From contig CM097887.1 in the NCBI GenBank assembly GCA_044892525.1, positions 35,526,001-35,590,000 on the forward strand: a stretch of DNA of 64,000 nt, written 5' to 3'. The stretch is from Schmidtea polychroa. Lineage: Eukaryota. The notes beneath the pieces were generated by a model. It had not been told where the DNA came from. It worked only from the letters and a program-made list of their open reading frames with translations, and searched no databases. Position numbers and translations under genes: made by a program. Below, piece after piece: positions 40,801 to 52,938 of the stretch (position 1 is the first letter of the stretch; every line of letters starts with the position of its first letter).

Positions 40801-42367
40801 AGCTGCTAGATGGTCTCATCGTAATCGATGTAAATCTTATATTCAAAAACGGAACGTCGCATTTTATTAACGAAAATTGGGATCCTGTGATTCAACAGAA
40901 CACGATTTTTATTATGATGAATTTAGTTAATGCTTCCAATTGTTCTCAGAATTCAGAAAATATGTCAAATCATGCACAAACAGATATTGAAAATTCCTTA
41001 AACACTAGCCTAAATTGGCGATCATTAACGAATAATGATCAACTAGAGCACAGTTGTGGCCAATTGAATGTCACGTATAACAGCATATTAGTTGGAACAT
41101 CTCAGTCTACTCTAACTCATTCCAAGAGTCAATCAAAATTCAAGCAATCAGTTAATACTTCTTATTATCAATCATGCTCTATAAATCAATCTCAGGCGAG
41201 AAAAGCAAATTCGATGCCATGTTATTATTATCAAGATTAACTGTATTCGGCTCCTAATAGTGTTAGAGTTAGCTCTCATAGACCAACACCTTCATCCATT
41301 CCCTATTCACAATCACCACAATTTCATATGGGAAATACACAGTCAAATTTAGTACAGCAAAGTAATTCTGTTTCAGAAGTAATTAAACCAAGTAGTGTAG
41401 AATTTTGCAGTGGAATTCATGAACATGTAAATTGCCAAAAATCCATCCAATTGAGCCAAGATGTTGAAATGGTTCTGTATTTTCAAAGATTTCCATATGC
41501 TTATAATTCGCGAAATAATATAATAAATCCAACCAGTACATAAATCAAATATGGACCCAAGAAATAATACAATAACATTATTTGAAGGTTATCTCATTTA
41601 TTTTGAAGACAAATGAGCTGTTATTATTTTATATATACAACAAAAAACTCCATGTGATTTTATTGGTAAAAACTAATTTACTTTAAATATCTTGTTCGAA
41701 TTTTAAAAGTAATTGTTATAAAAAAGTTTGTAAGAAAAATTTTGTTATTACTTTTTTCTTTTGTAAATTGTAAATGTAATTTCTTTTTGTTTAAATAATG
41801 GTAAATTCGAGAGAGCTATATTAAAATTTGTAATTCAAAATAAATATTTTCTTTTGCTTATTGTTATGTTTGCAATTATAATCATGAAATTTATAAACAC
41901 CACACATTTGATCCCATGGGGTTTTATTATCCTCCTTAACTTCAATCGTTGTTAATGCCAATCGAATATAATAAAATTTGCTATCAAAGTCCATTGACAA
42001 AGACATGTGGGCAACATTGTTTAGCGTGGTTAAAGTCAATGAAAGATCTTTGAATATAAGAAAATTTGATCAAATAAATATTATGTTGTACTCATTCTTG
42101 TTAGTTTGAACTTTCTGTGTCATTCTACTAGTAAGTATAATTTAATGGTAAATTATTGCGTGTTTGTTTTCTTGAATTTTATTGGTTGATATTTTATTGA
42201 ATCATTGTTGTGTAATGTGTAGTATATAAATGAAAACAATTCATTTAAAAGTCACTTTTATCAATACCCAAACTTTCGTAAGTTTTGTGTAATAATTTAT
42301 TAATTCTCTTATAATGTTTTCTAGATAATGAATTGCAACAACAACAATTACAACAACAACTTTAATA

Positions 42368-45300
42368 CAGGCCCGTACCGTCGGGGGGGGCAGGAGGGCC
42401 CGGCCCCCCCAAACGCAAGTCTGCCCCCCCCCCAAATAAAAAAACGGACATGAATAAAAAATTACATTCAATATGTTTGATAAAAGAAAAATTGCTATCG
42501 TGCACACATGCATTGAGTTGCACATGTAGAGGTTTATGTAGTGTGGACGGGGGTAGGATGTTCCATCTATCTGCCTCACTGGAAGAGACTGGCATGTGAA
42601 GTCGGTGGCGTGGGTAGGGTGCGTGCTGTCTGTCTTTCCTGCCTCACAGGCAGTAACAACGCATGGAGGCATGATTGAGTGTCAGAGCACGGAGTGGGTG
42701 CATTGTGGTCTTCATACGATGGTAGAGAGATAGGCCAATGAGAGCACATCACATGTCATTATACTCAACTCACTCCTATGGCAGAGTGACATGTTAATTG
42801 ATCATATTTTGTAACATTATTTTCATCGTATTAGATTCTAATATTATTAGAATAATATTATTAGAATTATATTATTAAATCTTATATTTTTTTCACTCTA
42901 TGTTTAGAAAATTTTTAAAAATGAAAATTTAAGTTTAAAAGTTAAGAGACTTCCTGATAGAAAAAACAAAATATATAAACATGATTTAAGAAAATATTGC
43001 TAAATTGAAAAATAACTTTGAAAAATATATACTTTTTAGTAAAAAAAAAGTAGTATTTGAACGGTGGATATTTTATCATTTTATTTTGTTTAAATATTAT
43101 CTATTTTTAAGATCATTCCAAATTCAGTAATTTTATTAATTTTTAATACATTTTCATATATTTCTTCTGTATTTATTTAGTCTACAATTAAAATCTTTTT
43201 TATTTTCATCTTTTTTATTTTATTATTATTTATTTTATTTTTAAGATATTTTAAGATAATAAATAATAAGATAATAAATAATAAGATAATAATAATTAGA
43301 ACATGTCGACAGAAAAGAGTATCATGAATTTCTTCCAAGTCATTCCAAAGAATTCTGTGACTTCAGTCACTTCATCCAGTGATAGTATCTCTGCTACTAT
43401 GTCCTCAACTTGTGCTAGTCCTTCATCTGTACCTGCTATTTCATGTATCCGTGACAGTGCAGTGATGTCCTCATCTACTAAATGTGATCTGGGTGAAGAA
43501 ATGCCACGCCAGCCAACTGCTGTAAATTTCCCAAAGACTTCGTTTGGTTCAAGGGAACGCTCATTTTCGTCTGTGTGGTATAATGGAAGACCATATTTGG
43601 AGTACTCTATTGAGAAAGATGCAGTCTTCTGCTTTTGCTGTAGAAAATTTTCATTGCCCGGCTCTGCTGGCGAAAGTGCTTTCATAACAGGAGGATTCCA
43701 AAATTGGAAATCGGCTTTAGAAAAAGGAAAAGGTTTTCAAAAGCATGAATCTTCTGTTGGCCACATCCATGCCATGGAACGCTGGAAAGAGAAACAGCTG
43801 AGATGTGAAAAAGGTGAGGAAGTTTGCACTTTGATTAATGAAACACAGCTGAAGAACAACCGTTATTATGTCAACGAAATCGTTGACGTTGTAAAGTTTC
43901 TTGTGACAAATGAATTAGCCTTTCGTGGTGACAGTTTCAGTAGAGATGATATTGATGAGGATGATAAGCTTCCGTGTGGTCTATTTTTACGTCTCTTCGA
44001 ATACACTGTTAAGAAAAATCCTGAGCTGGCTCGAATCATTAAAACGATTCCCAAAATTGCCACGTACACATCACCTCGAATTCAAAATGAAATTATCGCG
44101 TTAATGGCATCAATAGTGCAAGAGTCAATTGTTAAGAAGTGCAAGTCTGCGGATGTTGAATATTTTACTCTGAAGGTGGATGGTACCAAAGATCGAACAG
44201 GGACTGAGAATGTGTCGATTGCCATAAGGTTTGTCTCAGCAGGACAACCTCAGGAGCACTTAATCTGCATTTCCCGAACAATTGCTCTCAATGCAAAGGC
44301 CTTCACAGATGTAATTTTGACAACCTTGAAAGAGGCTCACTTGGATCCTAAAAATATAATTTCCCAATGCTATGATGGAGCCGCTGTTATGTCTGGACAG
44401 CATGGTGGGGTGCAGGCCTTGCTTCAGGAGCGTCTACAAAAAGAAATTCCGTATGTGCATTGCTTCAACCACAAGTTGCATTTGGTTGTTGTGTGTGCCG
44501 TTTCTGAGTGCCAAAAACTGCGGGACTTCTTCGACATATGCAGAAACTTATACACATTTTTGTCATATCCTAAGGTTGCGGTCATATATCAAGGCGATAA
44601 ATTGACAAGGCTCATGGAAAATCGTTGGACAGGACACTTGCAGACGACTCAGACAATAACAACTAATTATGATATAATTGTGAATTTGCTTGAGATGTGT
44701 TCTAGTAGACATTCTCACTTTTCAATTGATATTCAATTGGAAGCTACTGGACTCTTGCATCGAGTCAATGAAGTGGAGTTTCAGTTCATTGCACACATGG
44801 TGCTCTCATTGCTGACTATCCTTGAAACAGCCAACAATAGCTTGCAGGGTCAAGCAATGGACCTTTCTTCAGCATGTGATGTTATGGATGCCGCCATAGA
44901 GCGCATTCGCAGCCTACGCAATGAAGAGGAATTCCAAGTTCTTTTTGGGAAATTCGAAGGTCAAATGGATATGGAACAGACACCAAAAAGAAGAACTCAG
45001 ATGAACTCAAAATTAGACAACTTCATTGTGTTCGGATCTGTGGGACAGCCAGAACACCAGGCCTTGCCTATCAGATGCGCATATCGCCAGATGTATTACG
45101 AAGTCGTTGATAGGACTCTGCAGGAACTAACAAAACGCTTCGGTGTCACCAACAGAAGCCTTTATAAGTCTCTTGCATGTTTCAAGACTGATCACGCAAA
45201 CTTTTTGAATATTGAGGATCTAAAGACTTTAGCGACACTGTGTGGCGTGGACCTAAGCGAAACCCAACATGAATTTGAAACTGCAAAGGTTTTCCTATTG

Positions 45301-46014
45301 AAGAGAGCCAGTACTGTGACAAACGTTCATCAGTTAGTGCAAGAACTGTACTCATACCGAGATGCTTTTCCATCTGTCTATCGTCTTGCAGCTTCTGCAC
45401 TGACAATCGGTGCTTCAACTGCCACATGTGAGGCGACTTTCAGTACTTTATCTCGTGTCTTAACTCCCTTTCGTACGTCAATGAGCCATTCTCGTAAAGC
45501 CAACCTTGTATTGCTCTCATTTGAAAGTAACATCAGTAATAACATCAAATCTGATGAGTTTCTTCGGCGGTTTCATGAAATGAAAAATCGTCGACTGCAG
45601 CTATTTTGAGTCATGTCGATATCTCACATACGTAATTTCTTTTTTCTGGATCTAGTTCCTGTGTAATTTCTATTGCACTCACCTTTAGTTTTCAAATCTG
45701 TGTGACTGTGTGTGCTGTCTTTGTATGTCCAATTGTCCGTCGTGCAAATACATGCAGCTATTTGTTTTTTGTGTTTGTTCCTAAAAAATGTGCGAAAATC
45801 ATTTACTATATACTAGTATATGCAATAATGTAGCAAAATAATGCTCAGACAAAATGTCGATTTTGCTTTCCTTTTTTTTAAATTGAACATTTCGGAGTGC
45901 AAAGTGTGAGTAGTGACTAGTCTGTTTTCATAAAATACTTAGTTTACACGAGAATTACTGCCCCCCCAAACGCAAGTCTGGCCCCCCGTCAAAAGGTGTC
46001 ACGGTACGGGGCTG
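42368..46014 (+). mobile_element. Intact autonomous hAT DNA transposon, 3,647 bp
   Basis: TIRs CAGGCCCGTACCGT / ACGGTACGGGGCTG (13/14); 8-bp TSD CTTTAATA at 42360-42367 and 46015-46022; subterminal CCCCCCCAAACGCAAGTCTG near both ends. Confidence 0.95.
43303..45609 (+). CDS. hAT transposase, 768 aa (TTF-type zinc finger, DUF4371, DDE, dimerisation domain; ZMYM1-like)
   Basis: FCFCCRKF..F...GFQNWK..H..S..H; KVDGT; QCYDGA; HCFNHKLHL; NRW; TCEATFS. Confidence 0.94.
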   Translation: MSTEKSIMNFFQVIPKNSVTSVTSSSDSISATMSSTCASPSSVPAISCIRDSAVMSSSTKCDLGEEMPRQPTAVNFPKTSFGSRERSFSSVWYNGRPYLEYSIEKDAVFCFCCRKFSLPGSAGESAFITGGFQNWKSALEKGKGFQKHESSVGHIHAMERWKEKQLRCEKGEEVCTLINETQLKNNRYYVNEIVDVVKFLVTNELAFRGDSFSRDDIDEDDKLPCGLFLRLFEYTVKKNPELARIIKTIPKIATYTSPRIQNEIIALMASIVQESIVKKCKSADVEYFTLKVDGTKDRTGTENVSIAIRFVSAGQPQEHLICISRTIALNAKAFTDVILTTLKEAHLDPKNIISQCYDGAAVMSGQHGGVQALLQERLQKEIPYVHCFNHKLHLVVVCAVSECQKLRDFFDICRNLYTFLSYPKVAVIYQGDKLTRLMENRWTGHLQTTQTITTNYDIIVNLLEMCSSRHSHFSIDIQLEATGLLHRVNEVEFQFIAHMVLSLLTILETANNSLQGQAMDLSSACDVMDAAIERIRSLRNEEEFQVLFGKFEGQMDMEQTPKRRTQMNSKLDNFIVFGSVGQPEHQALPIRCAYRQMYYEVVDRTLQELTKRFGVTNRSLYKSLACFKTDHANFLNIEDLKTLATLCGVDLSETQHEFETAKVFLLKRASTVTNVHQLVQELYSYRDAFPSVYRLAASALTIGASTATCEATFSTLSRVLTPFRTSMSHSRKANLVLLSFESNISNNIKSDEFLRRFHEMKNRRLQLF

Positions 46015-47149
46015 CTTTAATAACAAGAATTTCAACAAGAACTTAAACAGCAACAACGATAAAATGGTTCGAAATAATTCCAAGAAAATTAATGTAAGCA
46101 CGATAAAATGTAAGTATATATAAATATATTATAAGTATATTTTTTTCAGTATTTATCTTTATACTTTAATTAAATTAATATTAATTTAAATATTATAATT
46201 AATTTTACTTTATATTTTGATAATAATTATTTTCAAAAATTAAATTTTAATTTATTTTATAAATTTGAATTTAATTTAATTTACTCAAAGTAAAAATTAA
46301 AACAATTTATGAAAATAAATTCCGATTTGTGAGATAATAATAATTAATGATTTTATTTAAATTTAATTATTTTATTAAATCAATTTAAATTTAATAATAA
46401 AAAATATTTAAATGTATTATTTTTAATGAAATTATGATGTAAACGATAACATAAGAAACAAATGAATAAAATGAATCTTTAAAACCTTGAATTTGAATTT
46501 TTATCATAAAATGTGAATTTTCATTTTCATTGTTAATGTTTTCTAAAGCATAATCTTTATCACAATTCATAAATGTAAAGTTTCCATTGAATTGAATATT
46601 TTAATTGATAACCAACAATATTTCTAAGATATTTTTCCATCGATATCTACTTGTAAAATCTGTTTAAAAGTTACAGGTTCCTAATAAAAATTTAATTAAT
46701 ATTTGATTAAACTATATAAATATATTTACTTTAAACGAATAAGTTATTGGATATTTTAAATATTCCATAGAATATTGTAGGAACTGAACAGGAGATTTTC
46801 TAATAAGATTAACTGTCGATGTTGAATTTTCCTCAAGAATTAACTTGATTACATCTGAATTTACTTGTTTCACCATCTTTTTACTGAAGTTTCTAGAATA
46901 ATGATTAAGCAATACTAGATAATGATAATAAAATTACTTTAATATTTTTAAAATACCAAACAATTTTTCAATTAATAAAAGAAAATCTGATTTGCTTATA
47001 AGTAACCCTCGTCCATCTAAAATTAAAAAATTTAAATATTAATAATCACATTATTACTCTCTCGGATTCTGAAGACGATGATATTGTTTTAAATAATATG
47101 GTAACTCTTCCTGATTTGGAAAATGATATGGATATAGTTTTTCTGACTC

Positions 47150-50100
47150 TCAAAATGATATTGATATAGTAACTCTTTCCGACTCTGATGATGAAATAAT
47201 TAATGATAGTAAAATCCAATATGATGGATCACTAGAACCGGTTGTAAATGATGATTTACGTAAATCACATGCCATAGTTAAAATGATAGTTGAAAATTTA
47301 AATCTAAATTCTTTAACCATACCCACACCCTCAATTAATAAATTTAATAATGTTACCAGAGAAATGGGCTCTTTAAAGATACAATTTTGTATCAAAGTGA
47401 GATTTGAAAAAGACGGAGAATTTCAATCTTTCGTCATTTCAAATTCTGCAAGACCCATGAGCGATACCTTTTTAGATGAAGGTATTGCTATTCTTAATGA
47501 GATAATTACTTTAATTAATGTAAAGGGAAGTAATTGGATTATTAATAAAATAAAAGAAATACATTTTGTTATTACAAAATTTTCTCAAATAAATAGATTG
47601 AGTGGAGGGGGTTCTCTTCCACCTCCTTCATCATTATTAAAGAAACATTGCGTAAAAAATATCAACAATACAAATGATTTGTGTTTCATCTATAGCATTT
47701 TAGCTATTTTGAAATACAATGACGTTGATAGTAATCATAGAAATCGAATTAGTAATTATAATCTGTCTGATCTAGTCTTTGATCCTTCTGACTTTGCGTC
47801 TCTGTAACATACCCAAATTTGAAGTTAAAAGTCCGGGGCTTTCGATTAATGTTCTTGCATACGATGAGGATGTTTTAGTGGATATTTTAAATAATTCTGA
47901 AGTATTAAAACATCCTTATGTTGACATCATACATAGATATAAAGTTGTAGGGGGAATACCGATTAATTTAATTTTGTTGGAAAGCAGTGATTCTTTTCAT
48001 TATATATGAGTCACTAATCTCGATAGACTTTTAAATTGTCGTAATTCTGCTGTTACTAGTACTTGAATTCAAGGTCTGTGGTGTAATCGCTGTTTAAATG
48101 GCTTCCGTACATTTGATTTATTTAGATAAACATAAAGATTTATGTGAGAAAAATCAATTAGGAACAACTTTATATACTTTACCATTAAATAAGAATTTAT
48201 ATTTTAATTATTGGTCTAAAACAGTGGTTTACATTTTGTGGTTTACACTGACTTTGAGGCTATTTTACCTACTGATAATAGATACTTTCAAAGGCACTTG
48301 CCGATTTCTGCAGGTCTTTGGCTAATAAATAATATAATAAATAAATAATATACAAAATTATATAAAAGTTTTTTAGGGTTAGATTATATTGTTAGTTTCC
48401 TTAATGAAATTGAAATCATTGGTATGAAAACAGTTTTACCTTATTTTTATATAAATACGAAAAAGAAAATAATTCTTACAGATGCTGACCTTATTTATTT
48501 TTCTTCCGCAGTTATGTGCTATCTTTGCAAGAAAACTTTAGTAAACCCGACTAAAGATCATGATCACTTTACTGGTAAATATTTAGGAGCAGCTTGTTCA
48601 ATTTGCAATAATTCTCGTCAAATAAGATATGAATTTCCGATTGTTTTCCATAATTTGTGAGGGTATGATCTTCATCATATCCTCATATACGGATTGAGTA
48701 GCTTTTTCCACAGTAGGATTTTCCCACATAATTTTGCCACTAGTCTGAAGTGCTTCAGTCAACTCCCCAATTACAGCCAATTTTGGATGGTGTTACTGAA
48801 GATGAATATTCTATGGCTGAAATTATATGGAGGGAAACCAACTGTAATAACCTTTGTGATTATATGGTGTGTGGTTTATCTAAAACTCGATGTCTTTCTT
48901 TTAGCTGATCTTTCCAGCAGTTTCGAAATAAATCTTTAGCTCATAATCGCCTTTGAACCTTTAATCTTCTTGGGTATTCCTGGTATGTCTTGGAATTCAG
49001 CTCTGATGACTTTAGACGAACCCATCGAGTTGATTCAAGACATGGAGATGTTTAATTTCTTTGATAGTATAAGAGGGTTTGACATTTGTAAACAAACATT
49101 ATGTTAATACAAATGAAAATACTGAACTTCTATATATCGATATTAATAATTTGTACGGCTGAGCTCTTAGCCAAAAACAACCTAAGGGTAAATTTTCTTG
49201 GGTGACGGATGAGCCCGAATTAATTAATTTATTAAAAGACTGTGAATCTATTGGTCTAGATTCACTTTCATACTATGGAAGAGGATCTAGATATTCCAAC
49301 ATATATTCACGATAAACTGGATGATTTTCCGGTTGCCGCTGAAAAAATGTGTGCTCCAGGATCTAAAGTGGAGAAGTTGATGCTCACGCATTTATCCAAG
49401 AAGAACTATGTTCTTCATTGGAAACTTCTACAACTTTATCTTTCTCTTGGAGTAAAGGCTACTCAAATTCATATGGCTATCAAATTTCATCAGTCTACCA
49501 TATTCAAAAATTATATTGACGCAAACACTCAACTTCGGGTTATGTCAACAAATACTATTGATAAAAACTATTTTAAACTTCTTAACAATAGTTTATATAG
49601 AAAGACCGTCGAAAATTTGAAGAAGAGATTGAATTTGAGATTATGTAACTTAGCTTCTAAACTGATTACTTATTCCTCTAAATCCACATTTAAAAAAACT
49701 TATAAAATAGATCATGGCTTAATAGCCTTTCTATTAAATAAGGATTCAGTGTGTTTAGATAGACCTAGTTACATTGGTAAATTTGTACTGGATCTATCCA
49801 AATTTCGTATGTATCAGTTGCAATATATTGATTTACAAAAATAATGAGATAAATTTAGCTAAAAAATCAATACTATTGCAGGTGACACTGATTACTTCTT
49901 TCTTAGAGATTAAAGGATGCAAATTAGATGTGCTTTTACCAGCTATGGTAAGAGATAACATGCTGAATACATCTCATGAATTATATTCAAGAGCTCTTGA
50001 TTCTGTCATTGGTAAATTCAAAGATGAGAGTAAAGGAAGTAGATATAAGAAATGGGTGTTCTTAAAGCCTAAATGCTACAGCTTTTTGGGTGATAAAGAG

Positions 50101-50330
50101 AGCAACAAGACTAAGGGAATAACATTGAAGGCTACCGACTTAAAAAGTTAATCATATCTTGATTGTTATCATAATAATTCAATGATTTCAGTACCACAAT
50201 CTCGAATAGAAAGTAAAAATCATCAGTTATTTACAATAAAAAATATAAAATTAGCCCTAACAAATAATAATGATAAGAAGCATTGGGTAAATAAAAATTA
50301 AAGTTTAGCCTATGGTCGTTATAAAATAGT
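47150..50330 (+). pseudogene. Polinton-type protein-primed DNA polymerase B relic with embedded endonuclease VII-like domain
   Basis: GSNW..INNTNDLCFIYSILA; CYLC..KDHDHFTGKYLGAACSICN; FHNL.GYD; DVFLLAD; YIDINNLYG; KKNYVLHWK; FKLLNNSLY.KT.EN; RPSYIGKFVLDLSK; GDTD; GKFKDE..LKPKCYS; many stops and frameshifts. Confidence 0.9.
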
Positions 50331-50618
50331 TAACACGGTTATGGGTAATAGCAACAATGCTGAAGTTAATGATCAGGACGAAGATAATGATAAATTTGTT
50401 CATCCACATTATCCAGATGATGATTATGGTCACCCACACTTTCCATATGAAAGGGAACATCAATATATACTTCAATGAATTTTGAATTCAAATAAAATTT
50501 ATTTAATATAATTGTTGTTTTAGTTCTTACCTGTATCATTTTCATTTTACGTTTTTATTATTAAAGTATCTTTTAGACTATTTTATTGTGAAATATTCAA
50601 AGTTATTATTGTCGTGAA

Positions 50619-50747
50619 NNNNNNNNNNNNNNNNNNNNNNNNNNNNNNNNNNNNNNNNNNNNNNNNNNNNNNNNNNNNNNNNNNNNNNNNNNNNNNNNNN
50701 NNNNNNNNNNNNNNNNNNNNNNNNNNNNNNNNNNNNNNNNNNNNNNN
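50619..50747. other. Assembly gap (129 N)
   Basis: Run of N. Confidence 1.
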
Positions 50748-51589
50748 TCACATTCATTGGCATCATTATAGTACTCGTGTTCAAATACCTTTATGTGTGA
50801 CTTTTTCTTAAAAATTTAAATTTTCATAGAAATCTGTCAAGAATTTCTTAAGAAAATTTGATAAGATTCATCGAATAAGCTACTAATAAAATAGTTAGTA
50901 AAGAAACTTAATAAGTGTTTTAATTTTACTATTTAGATCATCTGGTGGTTATTTTATTTTATTTTACGCTTGGATTAGTAAGACATAGGAACTAACAAAG
51001 TAGAAATAGTAATAGTACCGTTACGCCTGTGTATTTCAGTGTGCTATAAATTCATAAGTATTTGTGATTATGTGTGTGTTGATGTGTGGTTACTATTAAA
51101 AATTTACAATTTGGCAATTAGATAGCAGTTGGTCATATGTCAAAGGTCAAGAATGACATAAAAGGTCAAAGCTCATTTATTATATAATAGATGAAAGGTC
51201 AATTATTACATAAGAGGACAAATATCAACTATTATATAAGATGTGAAATGTCTATTATATGTAAAAAAGTCAATTATTACAGAAAATGTATTATTACATC
51301 ATCATATATAAATTACATAACTTTATAGAATTATGTAACGCCATACACCTAGGGTACCCATATAAATATTACATAACACTGTAAATCCTGGGATATTTGG
51401 CTTGGTTTATACTCCTCACTTGTCACTACTATTGTAATATAAATAATTATTCATTTCTTTTATTGTTTGGTCAACAAATATAACAGTAACTCATTTTATG
51501 AAAAAATAATTGGAAATGAGTCTTGAAATATTCCCCATTTGTGATAGTATATGAAAGGAAAATAACATTACATGCAAATTCTAGAACTT

Positions 51590-51790
51590 AGAATGAAATG
51601 AATTCTAAAAAAGATGTTCAAAAGACGAGGGAATTTGATGACAAAAAAGAAGAAAAGGGAATTTTAAAGTGGGTGAGGAAGTTCTAGTACGCAGAAAACC
51701 ACATAGAAGAAACAAAAATGATACTCATGACCTATATAAAATTCTTAGATTTGTGCCAGATCGTCAAGTAAATTTGAATATCCAAACTCA
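51590..51790 (+). pseudogene. Possible LTR-retrotransposon integrase C-terminal remnant
   Basis: KRRKGNFKVGEEVLVRRK..YKIL resembles the F.VGD.VL..GPY region. Confidence 0.4.
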
Positions 51791-51851
51791 AAACGGCAAC
51801 GACGAATTGAATGGTTAAAGAGATTAAGAAGGATACAGTTATTATATATTG

Positions 51852-52938
51852 CAAGGGTGGGCACGCATCGGTTCAATAAGAGCCATTTTCCGAAAATTTA
51901 TTTTTTACAGAGCCACCATAGTAAAGTACATATTTTTTTTTATTTCATTAATTTGATTAAAGAGACTTAAACGCTATTAAAAAAAAACAAAATAATTATT
52001 TCAAACATTAAGTAACAAACATAAAAATCTATTAATAAAAAGTAATAAAATTTCTTGAATTAACGAAGACTTTTGGTCAAATCTTTGAAATTTGGTGTAT
52101 ACTTTGTTAAAGCTGTTCGCAGCAATTCTGTAAGATGCTGATTGGTCAACTGTGAACGATATTTCGACTTTACGAACTTCATTGTGGAGTACAAAGATTC
52201 ACAACAATATGTTGTACCAAAAATTGAAATTAGACGGCAAGCAGCTTGTTTTAAGTGTGGATATTTTGCCTCTGGTACGAGTTTCCAAAATTCAACTATA
52301 GAAGTAGATTTATGGTGCATTTGCAAAGCCTGGTCCTCTTTCATATCTAATAACTCCAATTCCCCAACCGCTTTTTAAACAAGTATTACTTCAGAAATTG
52401 GAAATCCATCTTCAATAATATCACAAATAAATGGGTTCACAAAAAATGCAAATGTAGATTTATAACTTTTCAAATCTTCAAACCTACATTTGAAATCCGC
52501 TTGCAATTCTTCCAATTTTTCACTGTATTCGTTTACTTTTTCTTCTGTAATATCAATTATATTAGCTTTTATTCGTGGAAAATGATTAAATATTTTCGAC
52601 CTAAGATCGTTCACAAAAAGCCGAAGTTTAGCTTCAAAACTAAATAATGGCTAATTGTGGAACATCCTGAATGTCAGTAGACTCGTCGAGAGCTAAACTG
52701 AATGCTGCCTACTACAAAATAATTTTAAAAAGCAGTAAAATGTGAAAAACAATGTTTCGTTAATTTTTGACATTTATGAAAATACAATTGCAACAAAAAA
52801 TTTTTTCTCAAAACATTTAGTGAAAAATTTCAAAATAAAAAATCGAATTCGATTATCAAGAATTCAATTATCAATGAGCCGCAGTTTACTCAACGAAGAG
52901 CCGCATGCGGCTCTAAGAGCCGCATTTGCCCACCGTTG
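51852..52938 (-). mobile_element. Internally deleted Buster/Charlie-type hAT element (about 1.1 kb)
   Basis: TIR CAA(G/C)GGTGGGCA; subterminal GAGCCGCATGCGGCTC; FSLALDESTD joined directly to FEAKL..EFW..YPHLKQAA..FGTTYCCESLYSTMK..KYRSQL; imperfect TSD atatattg/atacattt. Confidence 0.82.

Noticed and set aside
40880-41543. S/Q/N-rich ORFs after the protease relic; also 54435-55170 on the minus strand
   Set aside because: Low complexity with no motif; cannot be assigned as genes from sequence alone
50578-50811. ORFs of 68 and 65 aa
   Set aside because: Artefacts spanning the N gap
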